The position numbers and the translations under genes are program-made. Shown here in pieces: positions 60,361 through 64,000 of a stretch of DNA of 64,000 nt. Origin of the DNA: Marsupella aquatica. Its lineage: Eukaryota; Plantae; Marchantiophyta. The stretch covers positions 5,780,171 to 5,844,170 of the forward strand of contig OZ316893.1 in assembly GCA_973895155.1 (NCBI GenBank), in the 5' to 3' direction. The notes under the pieces were generated by a model. The model worked only from the letters and a program-made list of their open reading frames with translations. It searched no databases and was not told the DNA's origin. Within the stretch, counting starts at the first letter, position 1. Each line of letters begins with the position of its first letter.

Positions 60361-63300
60361 TCTGTCTTACAGCCTTCCAAGCTACTCGCTGCTCAAACTC
60401 ACCCACTGACTGATCGAGCATTCACAAGTCCTGGATTGTACTAAAAATGAAGCTGTCAAGCAGTAATTCCAGAGCACGAGACGAGAGGAAATCAATGAAT
60501 TCATTGACACATCGATTGTCTTGAATGGTCTGCAGTGAGTTCTCTAGTTTTGCTGTCCAGATTCTGAAATTCTCGGATTCTCTACATGCTTCTTCGATCC
60601 TAGTTTGCAACTTGAGTACCTCGTTTCCTCTCTTAAGTAGTCTTGTATAGCTCGAAAGCACATTCATGATTTATTCGGCTGCTAGACCCCATGTACTCTC
60701 CCTGTCACTCTCAATTGATCATAAGATCAGCTCGAGAGTGAAATCTAGCAGCTCTCTACGAACCCTTCCCTAAAGGCCCAGATCCAGTGGAGTCTAATGT
60801 TTAGCAACTCCGTCCGTCTCTCTTGCAGTGTGGGCAGGATGAGAAATCATCACACGGCCGATTCCCTCACATAAAATAATGCCCCTTTATACCCCCTTCC
60901 TAGTCCCACCTTGCAACAAAACAAACGGCATGACAGTTGGGCTCCTCGATCAACTTCGTTACAAGCACCTTTGAACAAGTGAATCTCTGCTGGACTTCTC
61001 AAGTGTTGGTGCCCAATGCATCTCAAGCTGAACTGATGAAGGAAGGTCAGGTGGTCACCAGTCAGCGAAGAGGCATGCTTGATTTGTCAGTAGTAGGACG
61101 AAGGATCAATGCGGGCGGTACGGGGACAGGACAGGGAAGAAGAAGAAAAGATTGGGAGGGAAGGCAATGAGTCGATCAGTCGCTGAGTCGATTGGTTGCC
61201 TGGCAGGCAGCCATGGTGTCTGATGATGGGGAACAATCATGGAGGCGTCCTCCACTCGTGGCAGCCTCGCACTGCTCATCAGACTGTACGTGGTTTCGTT
61301 GCTGCAGAACTGCCCGTTTCCCCACCAAAGGGAATGATTTGGCAAATTTTGGCTTCTGATTTGGGTCATAAGTGACTTCTTTCAACGAACCCACAACAAC
61401 AATACCGTACTTTTTAAGGGGGAAAATAAAAAGAACAAAGAAGTTCTCGTGAAGCTCGAGGTTTTGCAAAAGTTCTCATGAACCTCAAGGTTTGCAAAAA
61501 TGCTCCCATGGTCTGACTACCGTAGCTCTCATGAAGGATTGTAACACAACTCTTATGCACTTCTAAAGTAGCTCGTTCACTTTGCAGCATACTCTTTCAT
61601 ATATTTATTTAATTTAATAGCAATCTGTCTAATAAAGCACAAAAGTTAGGATCAGAGTCTACCTTCAATCTAGAGTGTTTGAAGACACTAGATCATGATT
61701 TGGTTGGGGGTGGACTTGGAAACTGACAGGATCTATTTATACACAAAGGTTGGGCATTCAGGATAGCCCCTAATAATTTCCAAGCATGCAAGTCACCTTG
61801 CAATGTAACGATCAGACACTGCCTCTCAATACATTGTCCCGTAATTCCTCTATAACTTCACCAATTGGATCCTCCAATTGTCACCTCCATTGGTGATGGG
61901 AAATATACTTTAATTATTGACCCAATTGATTTCCTGTTTTAGAGTTCGTTTTATGAAGATATTGAGCTTTCCTTACTACAACAAAGTGAACTAGAGCAGT
62001 TGTTGTGATTAAGATCTAGCTGCAGACTTGTGCATACAGCCTGATTACCCATACTTGAATGTAAAAAGAGATGATCGAGGAAGAAAAAACCCTTGCAGAA
62101 AAAACGCTTCAATGCTATTTCCTGTCCATCTCTACCCCATCCCTTTGTTTTGTCTGCACCCTCACTTTCAACTCCCTTACAGTCATGGTCTACAGGTTCA
62201 CTCTAGGCCATAGGCCCAAGGAATATGCCCTTGGTTAGAGTCATGGTCAGAGTCTTCACTCTAGACAGTAGACTCACTGAGTAGCTTTTGATTACCCTTT
62301 ATTAGTTAGATGTCTCCAAGCAAGTGAGTTTCAAACTGAAATTTAGTAATTAAACACTTTATTTGCTTTTGGGTAGAGCAGGTAGGCCGTTGGCCATTTG
62401 CACTAAGTAAGTTTTACTTTTTAGTTCATGTGAACTTCCAACTCACTTTCCCTTCACGTACACTTGTTAATTAATAGATTTGGACTCAAAATTTTTCAAC
62501 CCTTACTCAGTTTGTGCGTTGGGCTGATTTTTAAGATGGAAGCACTGGGTGTCCAGTTAAACTGTTAAGGAGTTTTGGCAAGCTTGCCACATGGTCACCT
62601 TTCACTAATCACAAAAGTACATCAACGGTAGAGCATTGGGGTGGTAGCGGATCATTTATTCTGGACATTCAAGGAAAAACAATTGTTCGCAACAAGCCAG
62701 GGGTTACAGGTAGTCACACACCATCTTGCATCCAACCATTCAATCTCTCAACTGATAAACCTCATTGAGTATCAAGCCTTAGTTTGGTGATGAATGTTTG
62801 CTAACTAAGTCAACATTCTCCTCTCTCATATTGAGACAAAGTATGATGACACTAGTTCCATGCCAACCATGACAGTGATTCTTGTAGATTGGGATTGTTA
62901 AAGATTTTTGCTATCAAATGATGATCTCTTAACTCAAAAATTGTTCTTCAATATAAAGTACAACTCAACGGCAGCCGAGTGCACAAACTAAGACATTGCC
63001 CTCAATAATTTAATGTTCTGCAACCTTTCCATGTACTAGGTAGTTTAGTGAAGCAGCACTGTCACTAGTCAAAGAGGATCCATAGTGACAAGGTTACATC
63101 CATGATCACTGTCCTATTTATGCAACAAAACCAGAATGATTTCTTGAAAGGGCCTCACACAAACTGAGGCAACATCCTGGCAATAAACGGACAATGAATA
63201 CTTATAGAAATCTTGATATACCCAAGGCCAAGTAAGACTTCAGTATCACTTTAATTGGAACCGATCCTGAAGGACGGTATAATTGTTAGCACCAGGGAGC

Positions 63301-64000
63301 GATGAGTTATTGTTTGAATACAATGTGCATATAAAAGCACCATCTTTTAAGGAAATATTTAGTCAACTTGGGTGAATGAAAGTACTACGAGCAGTCATCT
63401 TAATTTGGCAACAACCATTGGTCCCAAACTGCTTCCAATGAAGAACAAGAACTCAATTATGGAAACTATAAGTTTATTCTCGACAAGTGTGACTTGAGGA
63501 TCACCACACCCAAGAACCACTCAAGACAAAAGGATGTATTGTCATTGTTGGTCCTCGTGGTTTATATTTCCTTGTGATTGGAGTTGGTAATCAGTAAGCC
63601 CTGTTACTTGAAACAGAGCTTAGCGGAAACTCCTTTTCTCTCGTAGAAGGCTAATATGCGCTAATAATGAGTCCATGGTACTAAGAGCACTTATACATAC
63701 AAACCAAGTAGTGGACCATTCCAAAGTCTAAAACCTGGAAAGGCATTCCTCCCCAACCGGAAGAGGTCAATTGAGGTACTGAGGTTTTCTTTATGAAAGC
63801 GGGAAAGCTGCTGTAGTCCACATGTACAAATTGCGCTGAGTTTGTGAGGTATGGGAATGGGATTTCTAGTCAAATAGTGCAACAGGGAAATATCTGACAA
63901 CGGTCAAGATCTCAATCCCATAGTACAAACAGGATATTGAGCGCAGCAAAAAGTGTTTTTCAGAGTTGTTAGGAGGGGGGCCTCTTTGAAAGCCAATGTT

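Overview
This is land-plant nuclear DNA with spliceosomal introns, plastid-targeted genes and a plant initiator tRNA. The gene style suggests a bryophyte, probably a liverwort, but that is inference. The right half (~30.1-61 kb) is an ordinary host gene island: VMA21-like, ABC1K7-like plastid kinase (18 exons), a flavin amine oxidase containing an AT-AC (U12) intron followed by a GC-AG intron, tRNA-iMet, a PIF/Harbinger MITE inside a minisatellite, SCO2/CYO1-like, and an F-box gene. The left half (~3.5-29.4 kb) contains no recognisable host gene and looks like a large mobile-element body, although no transposase is visible. It carries 3-4 paralogues of an unrecognised protein family (CxxxxC/H zinc-finger-like N-terminus, shared phase-0 intron), an RPA-like OB/zinc-ribbon pseudogene, a retroelement-type accessory ORF and a degenerate tRNA-like sequence. 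It also carries about 30 dispersed copies of one ~11-bp motif (CATACYRYGA[T/C]). The motif is amplified in tandem repeats, in five ~100-bp modules and in both arms of a 150-nt hairpin, and I did not notice it in the host half. My lead hypothesis is a VANDAL/VANC-like 'cognate motif plus element-encoded binding protein' system. Family assignments come from motif recognition by eye, not from database searches.
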